Positions 10,901-24,286 of a stretch of 64,000 nt of DNA are shown here, one piece after another. The position numbers and the translations under genes were made by a program. The stretch is taken from positions 2,108,001 to 2,172,000 of the forward strand of contig OZ287070.1 of assembly GCA_965645245.1 (NCBI GenBank), read 5' to 3'. Numbering within the stretch: the first letter of the stretch is position 1; every line of letters starts with the position of its first letter. This stretch comes from Massalongia carnosa. Its lineage: Eukaryota. The notes under the pieces were generated by a model. The model did no database searches. It had not been told where the DNA came from and saw only the letters and a list, made by a program, of their open reading frames with translations.

Positions 10901-13900
10901 GGGGCTTGGATTTGAACCTGGTCACTCGAGGACTTATGAGGACAGGCAGTTATATTCTACCAAATTGCAACACTTGATCCCTTCGTATGGGTTCTCTGAT
11001 ATTGCCGGGTGTTAGAATTTATTATTGGCGTAGCTGATAAAACTTGACCGCCTCTATGTTCGGACACTGGTCTGTTGATGATGTTTTCTCTTACTGGTAG
11101 ATGTTACCAAGCGCCTTCAAGACTTATAATGGTCATTTTATCAAGCACAAAAAGAGCTTTCGAGATTGATGCAACCAAGTCACGTACAGCGGCCAACCAA
11201 CAACACAGGAATTGCACATAGCAACAGAATATATGATTACCTTTAACTCGACGAGAAGTCTACGTAGAAGACTATAACAGCGTGGAAATCACCCCACTTT
11301 TTCAAGGGCCGTATCTACCAAGTGATCAATGAAGAACCATCCTAACACTTGCGCATCTACAATGAGTTTACGCTCACGTATAATTTTTGGGAATTATAAA
11401 GGATGTTATCGACCAGATCCTATGCAAGGGGCAAACAGAACTACGTTGTTGGCATCCTAGTTAAGAATGATCCCGGGGTTTCTCTTCATTGACCAAGCAT
11501 CTAGATACTCTTTCTTGTTTAGCGGAGTCAGCCAGCTACTTGCACAATAGGTCTTCGCTCAACCTCGCTCATACCCAATATTCCTATGAGTTATCAAGGT
11601 AACGGAGGAAGAATACAAGCCTGAAGTGTTCTAGTAGATTCGGACAAAGTCTCTTCTAGGTAGAAAGAAAAGCCCAACGAATCGATATTTCCCCCAATGA
11701 CTCGGTGTGGAAATGGGCAAGAGATGCGCAATCAACACAATAATTATTGACCGTTGTTAAAGAACTCACCCTGCAGCCTCCGCATTCAGAAAGCTCAACG
11801 AGGATTGAATGTGGGCGTGAAGAGAACTTCACTGATTCCCTAGTTTTATTGTTGCAAGAAGAAGCTCCAATGACCGCTACCTCGCACATACCAACTATCC
11901 ACACCATGTAGAACTCGAAAAGCTGAAAGGAAATTCTCTTGCAAACCTTACCAAACTCAAAGTGCCGTTGGCGTTTATGGGCTCTGAATAGGAACTCATC
12001 ATTCTTCAAGTGTAGTCCTCAATTATGGCATTTTGACTTGTTTAACGATTACAGTTCCATTTCACTCGTTTTATATGATTTCTTTCAATTAAAAAGAGCC
12101 TCGCGTCGATAACTCAGACCAGGAACCCGGAGCGCCCGTCAAGTTAAACACAAATGAAAAATAAACTATACAGTCCCTCCAAAGACTCCTGTGAGAACAT
12201 CGAGTAAGCAAGCATCTAGCGGCATCATTGTTGGAGAATATTATATATGGTTTGGTATTGAATAAACTAGGTGACTTCCTCCTTCGTCGCTGAGATAAGG
12301 ATGAATCAACAGCCGACAGATTTCCAAGGTTTGGTTTGGGAGAGTAACCCCTCTAGCCAGATGTTTAGTTGGGGTCTTCTGGGCTGTAGAATGAGGATAC
12401 TTCACGCTGTCGTCCGGGTAAGCAAGTTGACAACGACGACGGCCTAACATCGGCGTCGGCGGAACAGTGGAATCACGCGGACATCAACAAAACAACAAAC
12501 AAACAGCGGTGATCACATAACGCTTACACAGAGCCGGCGTGATTAGAAAAGCGGAGACAACTCACAGAAGGCAGATCATTCTCTGAGCGCAGCCGCTGGG
12601 GGATTATCTTGCCCTTCGGAGGCTTGGTGGAACTCCAACGGAACGAGAACCAGTACCGACGAACAGAGAAAGGGAAACATAAGCTCCGAATCTAGTTTCT
12701 GGTAATGCCGTGCCGGTAAGAAATTGAACATCCGGGAAAGACTCAAAGCTACTTAACGTGAGGTCCTCATGGTCGGCGTTAAGTATGTGGATGACGAGCC
12801 TTTCGACAGTAAGATTGATGAAGGGAAAGATGCACTACAAGACCAACCAGCATTGCCGAATACTGGGATATTTCTAATCAGGGTGCCGTTATAGCTTACC
12901 TCGACCAAGCGCGAGTACTTGAGCGAGCCTGAGGGCACGTGAGTTTCGTTTCTACTTCTTTGATCCTAATTCTTTGATCCCTCCCTCCGATTCCCTCCAA
13001 CAAACTAGTTTCTTCATTACCAGAATCTAATCGCGTCAACGTACTCAAAGGAGTTATTCTAGGTAGCTGTTACTCTTCCATGAGGACGCGAAGAGACAAT
13101 CGAAGACCCTGTGGGCAGCAAAGATTGAATTTTCTGATAAGGATTTTCCGAGAGGAAGATCGATTTATTGATCTAGACCACTCTCTTTTATCGATTTCTT
13201 CTGTAGCTCAGCAGCCACCAAGCAAGAGCTCGTCTTTACTATCCGCACTTAAAAATGCCTTCGAAATGGAGTGAGAACGTCCACTCGATAGCTGAGAAAG
13301 ACGATTTTACGCCGAACAAGCTGCGTCTAGGAGTTGCTGCTCTTTAGAGAGGCCCCGTGACCCAAGAATATAGGCAACATGAGTAAATTATATCAAATGA
13401 ATGGATTGACGTGACAATAGGGGCCTTTTTCTATATGGGTTAACACCTCTGGCAATTATTGGCTTAGAAAATTCCGTCAAGCGCGACTTTGATAATGGTA
13501 ACTTCGTTCTCTGAAAGTCTGGAAAATAACGAAATAGCAAATTCGAAAGAAAACCCGAATTTCGAGGATGTATTTCGACATGTCACAAAGAGTAGCGGAA
13601 GGGTTTGGGTCCTTTTACCTACTTTTAGGAGACTTCTTTCTGGCACGAACGCATGCATCACCGTGCTGGCTGCTTTTTGAAAGCTTTCAGCCTCTTTAAT
13701 TGTGGTTAACGCCGGCATCCTTAAAGACCAGAAATACCTATGATTCTAGATACGGCGAAAGACGAGGAAGAATCTTATGTTGCTAGTTTCTGAACAGATT
13801 CATGGACTTAGGGAAAAACGAGACAACATCGCGATCCGCATATATATTTTCTTAAGGGCTGCTATAGTATACAGGGGGCAAACTGTGGTGCTCAGGGGCC

Positions 13901-16900
13901 GAAGCCTAAAACCTGCATATCAGCTAGATTCAATACTCTCAAATACCTGAAGAATATATACAGGGGCAGTTCTCGGAAAAGGCCCACAACTTTGGTAAGG
14001 AGACTTTCGAGTCTCTCTTCAAGATAGGTTTTTTAGTTTTCATCAAGCACATTGTGTCGTTTGACTATGTCAAGTAACAGCATCACAAAAATCTTAATCT
14101 ATCAGAAATCATAGCATACATTAATATTATGGGTTAAGGAAAAACCAAGAGCTCTAATTCTACCAAGTATGTAATTTTATCTCTGTTGTTTGTTTCCAGC
14201 GACTTACATGAAGATTGATTGACTCATTGCGTTTGATGACTTCAAACCAATCAAGAAAATAAAAAATATTAGAAAGGACTCTTCTTCAGATATTACTTCG
14301 GCGTCTAATACAAGCCTTACATACACAATCATTATTTTTCATACGAGAAGGAGCTTTACACTCTCGATCGATGCTTCTTTAAAGTTATTCCAGTAGAGAG
14401 GGCAATTTGTCGAAGAGATCCACCAAAGTCAAGTTGAAGCCTCGGCTTTGTGGTTAAGACTAGACGGTCAAGTTTATGAAATGTTCGGAGCTGCGGATAT
14501 GGAAAAGAAAGGACTTGAGAGCGGCGTATTTTTGTATGACAGCAGACCGAATATGACGGGGGTCTGAAATGCGGATTATAGGATCTTATTACTTCGAGCA
14601 GCAAAGAAGACAAAATTACCCCTGATCGCAGGAGATATCCTTTGATACTTTGAAGTACTTAGCCAGCGGCCGCGATTCCTTCGCTGTTGATATAAATTTC
14701 CTCTTTTCGAAGGGAAGAAAAAGAACTACAGTCGGCCAACGATGGAAACAATTGCTGAGCATTCAAACGGTTGTTTAAGATCGAACTTCACTTGTAGCTA
14801 ATGCGGCACTGTTACGATGTCGTCTGCCTTTTCTCAAGATATCTTTACTGGTTTTATATCTCGGCAAATATTCAGACAAACTCAACAGAGGACTTGTGCA
14901 TTAAATTAGTCTTTTTACCAACCAATGGTATCTGCTAAGAACACTGTCCGCTGTTCATTGTTCGTTATGCTCCGAAAGATACAAACACAAATCGGAATAC
15001 TGCATACCACTCCGAAGTAGAGGAAAAACAAAGGAATTTTGCAAGATTTTCAGTGGATTGACGAATCTCAAATCAGTCAAGACAATGTGTATGAAGGGAT
15101 GATGACCGATCAGATCATTTTGTCTCATAGCAAGTTAAGTGCAAAAAGGGGACCGGCTAGCCTCGCGGGGACGCAACAAGCCTGCTCCAAATATGCGTTA
15201 TGGTAGGTCCTCGAAATCATGAAAGACATTTGCTCAGTCAACCTCTTTTGCCTCTACTGAGCGCATGTTCTCTTTCTTCTATATCTTTACCTATTAACGT
15301 CGGCATATAGTTTAGAATTGTCATGAAGTGACAGGGCACCCGTACAGGAAGCCTATCAGCTGACGATCACTAAATAATAAAACTGCAGAAATCACATATC
15401 GAACCATGACGAAGTAAAATAACTGTCAGAACATGGAAAATTGAGTCAACAACTGAATTGAGATTAACTCAACTCGACAAAAATTTATTCGCTCACATTT
15501 GTTCTTCTTCTTTTCCATCTTATTTAAAATTCAGGTAACGTATGCATTGTTGAATCATTCATCTAAATTCGTACTATGATAAAGTTTGTGATCAATGAAG
15601 AGATTTCCACGTATGAGAAGGAAGACGGTTAACAGAGTGACAAATTTCAGGGATTAGATGTACTTTCAAAAGGAAAAACAATTCGAAGCAATTGAAGAAA
15701 CCCAAGCTCCTCAGAGTTATGTACAAGCTATAAAGGCTCACTATAGGAAGCTTTTCTGTCCAATCTTGAGTCTGTATATATTTCAGAGGTAGGTCAGTCG
15801 ACTAATCTGGCAATGCTCCCCTGTCCTTTTATTCAGTTACTCGTCTCGACTGTTCCATAGCACTCGGATGTTTTTCATGCTGGTGAGCGGGGGAAAGATT
15901 TTCTTGCATGAATGGAACCATACTAGTTACGACTTGTTCAGTGCGTGGAAGACCTATAACTATGGATTAAGATTTATGCGCAAGAAGAAATAAAGTAGTG
16001 ATAGATACCCCATTCGTTCAGAATATGGATGAGGATGAGTTGGGCAAGATAGAGAACATTCAGCTTCTCATTAAAAACTATAAAGGCATGCCCATACCCA
16101 ACACTATACTACATAAGCGAGCTATATCTACATGTCGACCAATATGGAAAGCCTATCAAATTTCGATGGGCAAAATTCTCTCAGAGCGAAAATCTATACT
16201 TCGCCTTAGAAGAAAAGCAAATGAAAGCTGCTGCCAACGCCAGAATAATATTCCGGAGAGGTCGAGAAGTAATTATCCCGAGATCTGTTCTTGAGCCGGC
16301 TGGGAGAGTAAGTCCCTTACTCCTAGCGTTATGGAAGTGGAAGGAACACAAGTAAAATTTTCAAGTTTAAGCCCAAGGCAGAGAGATCAACTTTTTCTCG
16401 AATTCAAACCAGACTGTTACTGCTCAAAAGAGTAAGTAATGATACCTTACAGTTTTCTCGCTTTTCGTCATCATCAACCCTGGATAGATGGATCAGTTGA
16501 TAATGTACCTTGTGGGAAACCCACATGATCGAATGCCCAATCCATCCAAAATCTCTATTTGTCCAGATCTAATCCTGCCGAAAAAACCCGCCAACGGCTT
16601 ATTCCAAGGGAAACTTAAAGAAAAGGCCTCAAGCAGCTAAAAGCGTTAGTTAACCAAAATTGCAGTAAGGCACAAAGATCTCAAGTCACGAGAGAGTGAG
16701 TTAGATGAATCATCTCAAGATGGTTTTTGCCATTTATATAACACATACGGGAAAAAGGAGGACTTTTCAACGGCTACAGGCTAGAATAAGAATACCTATA
16801 GAAATAAGACCTGGTGGATATGCTAATCTTTTCGCATCTACACTAAATTGAGGTATCACTTGAGAAAGAGCTGTCAATGAGCTGGATCGAACCTCAAAAC

Positions 16901-19900
16901 TCAATATTCTTCTCGCCTGAAGCGCAGCAATGAGGGAATGATACAGATAAAATAAATTATAGTAAGTAAATACTGGTTGGAAAGAAAGCGTTGTGTCTAC
17001 TTTCTTCAGACCTTCAGAGTGACTCGTACAAAGTTAGCGAATACGGATCGTAATCCATCGACGAAGGAAAAAAGTACAGTCGGTCACAATAGGTATCCGC
17101 ACTTTCAGCAATATTCTCTATTTTGGTTGATCACAACGGAAATCCATATATTCAATAACTGGCTACGATGTTTCGTTTGATGACTTTGATATATAATATA
17201 GGGGAAAATGTCCGAAATCGGTATATTAAATTGGGGAAACCAAGCATTATATCAAGTTCCACCATGCGGATTTTCCCAACGAAAGGATACATGAATAAAA
17301 AACCCTGAAATCAACTTCTCAACTTCTATCTTTCACACAGCCATCACATTAACCTTTCAGTCTCTCATGCGTATGGCTTTTTCATATAAACCTAATATAA
17401 TATTCCTTACATAGCAAAAAAATTCGAGATTCTTGACATTTATTTGCCTCCTATATCTTACCTATGGTGGTTTAGACTTGGAAGAGGAAGTCCGAAGATA
17501 GAAGACTCCTGACCTGGGCTAGAAAATATACTAGACATGGAATCGGAAAATTGATTGATTATGATGAAGCAATTGGTAAGCTTGAGATAGTACGTTTAAG
17601 CATATTTGCATAGATTAACAGGATAAGGAGATTGGTTCCAGTCAATAAAGAACTCTCAAGAAAACATCCGGTTTCTGCGGCCAGACATTGTATCTTTCAG
17701 CATGGCGATACGCAGCCAGTCCGTACTTAACCGTTTCACAGCAAAAATCCGCAAGAAGAGAGCTCCTCTGAACGTTTTGCTGTTTGGGATAGCCGGAAAA
17801 CTTCAAAGAGCAGTATATTACGGCATCAGCAAGATGGTTGGCAGATGCAAAATTAATAATATATGATCGATAACAAACCGAAATTAGAACAATGAAGTAT
17901 TGATAAAATAAATCCAATATGAAAGACCTGGCGTTGGCATCCAGAGGTCTCAATTTTCATCAAAGTTGCTTAAGGCATCAATCAAACGCGCAGGAGATCT
18001 ACCTAACTATGTTGCTTCGCTCTCGGATTCCAAAAACTATCCTCAACATAAACCGATAGAAAGATCCGACAATAGCCGCGTCTTCTACCCCCAAGATGCT
18101 CACTCTTCAAATGTAATGACTGAACCAAATTAGCATCTGGCCTCAGGATATTTACTGTGCAGGTTATGATGAAGAATACTTATAAAGTCTCCACAGAATA
18201 TTCAATCAGGGCACTATGAAGATCAGGGGCGTTCACCTTGCACCAGCTTTCCTCACAAACAATTTGGGTACCCGATAACTAGGGAAATTTTCAATCGATA
18301 ATTTCGGAACAAGCTCCTCGACGGCGAGTTATGATAAGTCTCTGCCGAGCTGCATAACTAGATTTGAGACATAGCGATGTCCGTTGCAGGAGGTTTACCG
18401 CATGAGCGTTAACAGGACAGGGCCATTATATGACCAGGTTCCAGGGAGTCTAAAACAGCTAAGCTATTCGAGTATACCAGCTTTCTTTCATGGTAGATCG
18501 CAAATTTCTGCATTTACAGAGGTTACACGGCGAAAATGTTAATAAGCGCATGCTTACGATGGGATTCAGCTAGGTATTCGAGCCAACCAAGATACTAGAA
18601 TTAGGCTGGATGGAACCTACCCGGCTAGTCTGGTTCCTTGCCGGACTATAGGGCAACATCAGACAAGATTCATGCAGCTGTCGAAATTAATATCCCTTGT
18701 TGAATGCAATAGGTGGTAGACGATGTCTGGACACCGGCTTAAAGCAGCTAGCCAACGATAAACCCAACTAAAGCATATCAAACGCTGTGGATATAACGAC
18801 GTTAGCACAGCCTAACAACTACCTTACAAACAGTTTTCCATATTCCGGTACGCGGGGAGTATGCGGGTAGATGAGCGGGAATTATTGTCATTGTTTGAGC
18901 TGCCGTTTTCAAGGAGAGACTACAGTATATCCTCGAGCAACTTCATTTTATCAAAATTGCCATCAACGAACGACGATAAGATACCCTATATGGGCAGCCG
19001 TGCAAGGGAAGTATACCATTCCCGCCGAACCTATGGCTCCAAGAATATTCGCCAGGGGAACAGAAACCAGCACCAGTGAACCCATGTGGGCATCGTACAG
19101 ATAGGTCTAGCATTGAAGATTTCACTAATATGTTAGCGGACTCCCCGCCGCTCCGACTCGCCGCCGTCGAGGCAAGAGATCCCCACAACCTTCGTGAAGC
19201 AGATTTGAAAATGGGGAGTTTTTATGGTGGTGAACGGTCCCAGGTATCTCCAAGGACTAAAATAACCATGAACTGGCCCATACTTGCTATAATATATATG
19301 TTAATTAATTAAAATGAGGAAAAGTAAAAAAATCTGGCTCAATACGCTGCTGAAATAACAGGGTTGGTGATACATATGCGCTGGCTGGATGCTGGGTCCA
19401 CGTGGCGTACATGGAGGCCCTAAGGGGTTTGGGGGGGGAGCAGTTATAGGTGAAGAGAACAGGTCGAGAACCAACTGGAGTTGTGGCACGACTATATAGT
19501 AATGGTCATGGAATGACCATTATTTTCCAAGGAAATGGAATATTAATCTTTGGTAACTCCGGCCAAAAAAGCGGCTAAAATGAACCAGGCGGGCATAGAG
19601 TAGATCTCTACAATGTTGAAACTCATTCTCAGAGATGTGGAATCGATAATAAAAAGCAACCGGATTTAAGAAATCGACTTTATGCAATTATGGCAAGAAC
19701 GAGGTTGGACAGCAACAAGCGGTTATACTCCATTTAGTGTTGGGGAAACTGTCTCTTGATGGAGACGAAAGACTTTATAAGAAATATATGCCTATACATA
19801 AGACGACTGAAAAGTTCAGGAACAAATACACACTCCTCGCAACGCGTAAGCAGGCACACCATATGTACGGCGATGGCGACTTGTCTATACCCGTTTGTTT

Positions 19901-20709
19901 CTAAACATCAGGGAGCTCTACGGAAAGGGGGGTATCCTATAGGAAACCCCATTACCCGGAAAGGGACGAGGTAGAGATACGACAAGGCGTTCACCAGCCG
20001 TATGTGTGTGGTAAATGCGGTTTACTTCTACATAAAGCTACTTCGACCTCGCTTCCCGGAGAAGAAAACAGAAGAAAAGCTTTCGGGATGCGGTGGGGCT
20101 GAAACTGATGGCATTTCGTCAATGTTCCGACAAAGAAAAACACCAGGAGCATATAACCGGGATTGCTCAAATCATCACCCCTGCGAACGAGAAAGAGACG
20201 AATGATCAGGGGATGTGCCCTAAAGGTTCTTATAACAGAGGAGGGGATTCAACGTTGTCCCAAAACAACTAGCCACAACACGTCAAATCCGAAAAAAAGG
20301 AGTTACTCGAGGTCTATAGAAGAAGAGCCCTGCAACAACTCGATTTCATATATTATAATATACTATATCGATTCCAGTGAGCTTGCGGATTCCACGAAGT
20401 TTGAATATTGGTAAAGTTTCCGGTTGGGACTTACGTTCCCCTTCAGCTCGTTTCAAAAGCTGCGATGATCAACGATTCATCTCACGTCGGTCTCTTCTGA
20501 AAGATGCTGCTCGGTCAACGGGGTCCGTAATCTACCAGTACCGTGCTGTGCCGGTGTCTTGTGGAGTGTAAAGCAAGCAGTCAGTGTTCTGTAAATTTTC
20601 TCGGGTGCAAGTGGCAGCCGTAGAAGATGAGAGAGGCGAAATGTTCCTATAGGAATCATGGTTAGTTGCGGAAAAATTGGAGGGAGATGACCCGTTGTTT
20701 TTAGGTTTA

Positions 20710-20784
20710 CACCCGTTTGCAAAATGGTGTGCCGAACTTTGAACCCCGAGACTGCGCGACCACACACCAGAATTTGGTGCAGTA
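20710..20784 (+). repeat. Outer part of the left TIR of element B
   Basis: 20710-20758 is the reverse complement of 26981-27029. 20758-20784 is a 27-bp block repeated directly at 24494-24520. Confidence 0.92.
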
Positions 20785-20834
20785 CTGTCGCTTGCAAAAG
20801 GGTCTGCGCGGACCCTGAAATGGCCACGACACCT

Positions 20835-20994
20835 CAAAATTTAGCGAAAATAACGACCAACCAGCCAAACTTCCCTCACCGTCTATGTGATAACTATGCA
20901 TTACTACCTGTTCTAGTACTGAAATTCGTAGCTGTAGAATATAGTCACTGCCATCCCCAGCTCCTCCGCCCTTGCCCGCTCTATTTTTCGTCAA
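20835..20994 (+). repeat. Left long inverted repeat of element A
   Basis: 160 bp, reverse complement of 24287-24446 with about 6 mismatches by eye. Ends just before the transposase ATG at 20996. Confidence 0.93.
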
Positions 20995-20995
20995 G

Positions 20996-22035
20996 ATGCC
21001 TCGCCCCCTCAGTCCCGCCATGAGGGAGACAATTACCCTCAGATTTGTAAGAAATGACGATAACAAAAGAATAGCAGCTGTCACCGGAGTCAGTCTTCGG
21101 CAGGTGCAATTGATGAGGTCCAATTGGACGAATTTTGGAGACGTCGTCGCTCCACAAATAACTCTTGGTCATCGACCTAGAAAGTTGAGTCAGTATCATG
21201 AATTGCAACTGTTGGAATTCCTGGAGCAACGCCCCCATGCCTACCTGGATGAAATGTGCTGGTTTGTCTGGGATGAATTTCAGATTTCCGTCGACGAATC
21301 CACTGTCAGTCGTGCCCTCAGACGACTTGGTTGGAATCGAAAGAAGGTGAGACGTCAGGCAGCTCAACGGAATCAAACTCTACGCGACGGTTGGATGCAA
21401 CGACTAGGAGGTTGGACTGCCGAGCAATTGGTCTTCCTAGACGAAAGTGCCGCGTGTGAAAGAACCGGTATTTATCTTCCTATCTTCTTCTCATCTTTCT
21501 TCTCATCTCATATATAGGTGATCGTCGATACGGCTGGGCACCGGCCGGTGTTCCTGCGACCATGGTTCAGGATTTGAGAAGGTCAAAGAGATGGAGCATT
21601 CTTCCTGCATTTACGGTCGATGGATATATAGCTTGGGAGGTGCATCAGGGCTCCATAACTGCATTGATCTTCAATGATTTTGTTCTAAATCACGTCCTTC
21701 CTCATTGCACTGCCGACGGAGGTCCTAGATCTGTTTTAGTGTTAGATAATGCTCGAATTCATTGGAATGACGATCTCATTCAGATGTGTGAGGCTGCCAA
21801 CGTCACCTTGGCAAGACTACCTCCTTATTCTCCGGATTTCAATCCAATTGAGACGTCGTTTGCATTGCTGAAAGCATGGATTCGTCGAAATGGAGAGATG
21901 AGTCTCTCATATACAGAGGTGTATGGAGGGTTCGGACAATTTCTTCGGGATGCAGTCAAAGAAAGAAGTCGAATGGGAGACCCGGGAAATTTATTTAGAA
22001 TGGCCGGTATTCAGTATCCCACTATTCAGATCTAG
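20996..22035 (+). CDS. Tc1-family DD34E transposase (HTH + DDE_3-like), 2 exons, apparently intact, 329 aa
   Basis: Exon 1 is 20996-21467, followed by a 50-bp GT-AG intron (21468-21517) and exon 2 at 21518-22035. Catalytic motifs VFLDESA, LVLDNARIH and LPPYSPDFNPIE, with 34 residues between D2 and E. N-terminal HTH regions RIAAVTGVSLRQV and VDESTVSRAL. Confidence 0.95.
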
Positions 22036-22086
22036 ATCTAGATTGCTGTCTGCAGACATCTTGTCTGTCTCATTTCGAAATCTAAT

Positions 22087-23841
22087 CTAATATTCTTCTT
22101 CGGCATAGTCGTATTCTAGATTATACGTATTTTCCAACTCATCCTCCTCAATGGCATCTTCCATTCTCGGATCAACCCTTTTTATCTCCCCTAGTGTCTC
22201 ATCCACCTCTTCCTCATCCACCTCTTTTATGACCTGAGTATTGGCCTGAGTGGTCATTTGCGAAGTTGGCAGGTAACGTGGACGTCGAGACATTTGCCGA
22301 GACGGGGGCGGAGGCATTCGCCGAGAGGAAGGCGGAGGCATTTGCATCTGCATCTGTCTTCCAAATTTGCTGACATCTCGTGCCAGCTGAATTCCGATAC
22401 CGGGAGGAATACTCAGCTTCGACCAGAAGGACTGATGCTCAATACCCTTTAATGTCTGGATAGTCATTAAATCGTACCCACCTTCCATCAGTCGATCGTA
22501 CGCATGCCTAAGTACGCCTTTCAGATGAGGTTTGGATTGGATATGCCAATTGACATAGTCTTCCAAATCTTCCTCCACTGGACTGCTCGGAGCGGCGGGA
22601 GGGGCGACGACGGAGGGGGCATAACTTCCTTGACGATCTCTTCGATCCACAGGCGTTTCGTCTCGATGACGTCCGAAGTCGGAAGCTTGAGAAGGAGAAT
22701 AAGAAGGAAACTGGGACGAATGAAGCTGGGGAAGTGGTGAAGAAGGAATAAATGCCGAGGGGTTGGCAAATGCTAAGGGGTTGACAAACGTCGAGGGGGG
22801 GGCAAATGCCCAGGGGGGGAAGGATTGATACGCGGGATGCTGATAGATGGGATGCAAATGTCTGGTCGAATCTTCCTGACTTTCCTGTTTCGGAGTCGAT
22901 GATGCAGTCTTCCTTTTACCTTTTTGCGAATACATACTTTCCCTGATAGTCGATGGAGGCATCTGAGAAGTGACTCCCGAAACGTCATCATCCAATGCCT
23001 TATTCCAAGCCACGAACTGATGACTGCTGATAATGTAATGTTGATCTCTTTCTTCATCGTTCCAACAGTATCGGCCGAAATTCTCACATGTCTTCTTATT
23101 ACAGACATGCAGAGATTGTAGAGCCGTCATTCTTTCAACTGTCTGACCATGAAGAATGGCCCTCTCCTCCAACTCCTTCTGCAATTTCAAGGTGGCCGTT
23201 CCCAACTTTTTGGAAACGGCAGCAGTCGGATCTTCTGGAATTTCACCGCTTTTGGTCCGAGCGAATTGATAGATTAGATCGACGGCCAAACTTTTTGCTC
23301 CATTCTCATATCGGAAAATCAAGACTTCTTCAATTGGAAGCCAAGACTCTTCCAACATCAGAGACATACGTTCTTGAGGTTTGATGCCATTCCATGCAAC
23401 AGTGGCTTTGACATTGACTAGTCGACAAGCAAAAGTTTTGTCATCTGCATGACGTTGAGCCTTTAAACTCATCTCATTGAGATGAGGTCTGAAAAAGAAT
23501 CTCTTTTCGAATTCCGATTCCGAGTTAACTTTTCGAGTACTGGACATCTGATGAACGACATCCTTTTCAAACATCACCGGCACATTCAGCAGGTAGGTGA
23601 TGACAATGGGCGAGTCTGACGAGGGCGTCTTCTTGGTCTTGGTACGTGGATTTGACTTTGGCTTTCTAGTAGTGGCATTTTTGACAATCTTCTTTGCAGC
23701 AGAAACGAAAACATTCTCCTCAGCACTCTCGACTTCTTCCTCAACATTCCCCTCGGCAATCTCCTCGACATTCCCCTCGACATTTTCTACATCTACGTCA
23801 TTCTCCGAGTCAATTGTATCATCTTCGTCATCCGGGACCAT
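22087..23841 (-). CDS. Transposon A accessory protein (584 aa): acidic/basic N-terminus, Cys/His cluster, P/S-rich linker, SAM-like helical domain, acidic tail
   Basis: Long uninterrupted ORF inside the TIRs of A. Contains HVCNKKTCENFGRYCW..H and YDLMTIQTLKGIEHQSFWSKLSIPPGIGIQLARDVSKF. The same frame continues to an ATG at 24264 but is blocked by stops in the 20-bp repeat. Confidence 0.8.
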   Translation of the reverse strand: MVPDDEDDTIDSENDVDVENVEGNVEEIAEGNVEEEVESAEENVFVSAAKKIVKNATTRKPKSNPRTKTKKTPSSDSPIVITYLLNVPVMFEKDVVHQMSSTRKVNSESEFEKRFFFRPHLNEMSLKAQRHADDKTFACRLVNVKATVAWNGIKPQERMSLMLEESWLPIEEVLIFRYENGAKSLAVDLIYQFARTKSGEIPEDPTAAVSKKLGTATLKLQKELEERAILHGQTVERMTALQSLHVCNKKTCENFGRYCWNDEERDQHYIISSHQFVAWNKALDDDVSGVTSQMPPSTIRESMYSQKGKRKTASSTPKQESQEDSTRHLHPIYQHPAYQSFPPWAFAPPSTFVNPLAFANPSAFIPSSPLPQLHSSQFPSYSPSQASDFGRHRDETPVDRRDRQGSYAPSVVAPPAAPSSPVEEDLEDYVNWHIQSKPHLKGVLRHAYDRLMEGGYDLMTIQTLKGIEHQSFWSKLSIPPGIGIQLARDVSKFGRQMQMQMPPPSSRRMPPPPSRQMSRRPRYLPTSQMTTQANTQVIKEVDEEEVDETLGEIKRVDPRMEDAIEEDELENTYNLEYDYAEEEY

Positions 23842-24000
23842 TAGGGATGCATAATAATTCGAGCCGGGAGGCGGCCTGGGCTTGATAATGGGAGGGGGCT
23901 TTGCTTTGGGAGGCTTTGCTTTGGAAGACTTTGCTTGGGGGGGGCGCTTTGTCTTGGGAACGATCTTTTGCCTGCGAGATGCCTTCGGAGCTGAGGTTGG

Positions 24001-24146
24001 CGTCGATATGGGATCATCGTCGTCGCTATGGGATCATCGTCGTCGATATGGGATCATCGTCGTCGATATGGGATCATCGTCGTCGATATGGGATCATCGT
24101 CGTCGATATGGGATCATCGTCGTCGATATGGGATCATCGTCGTCGA
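24001..24146. repeat. Tandem repeat, 7 copies plus a partial copy of CGTCGATATGGGATCATCGT (20 bp)
   Basis: Directly visible. One substitution in copy 2 at position 24026. Confidence 0.97.
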
Positions 24147-24286
24147 CAGCATCTTTGCCCTTCGGCCCCGCCAAGGTCAGTTTTATCTTTGCCTTTACAG
24201 GCTCTGTCGAGGCATTTGGAGGCCCGGTATTCGCTCGTTTTGAGCGAGGACCTCTTAGTTTCATGTCGAAGAATGGGGGGGATAAT

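Noticed and set aside
10894..10975. tRNA-Met-like traces on the minus strand (TTTGGTAG, CTCATAA, GGTTCAAATCC)
   Set aside because: The acceptor, anticodon and T stems do not pair convincingly. At best a decayed relic; tRNAscan-SE would decide.
24001..24146. Regular 20-bp repeats resembling a CRISPR array
   Set aside because: The units are head-to-tail with no unique spacers, no cas genes are present, and the context is eukaryotic.
24026..24147. Possible intron removing the stop-containing repeat (GT at 24147, AG created by the variant copy at 24026)
   Set aside because: It would be 122 bp and shift the frame, and GTCGAC is a poor donor.
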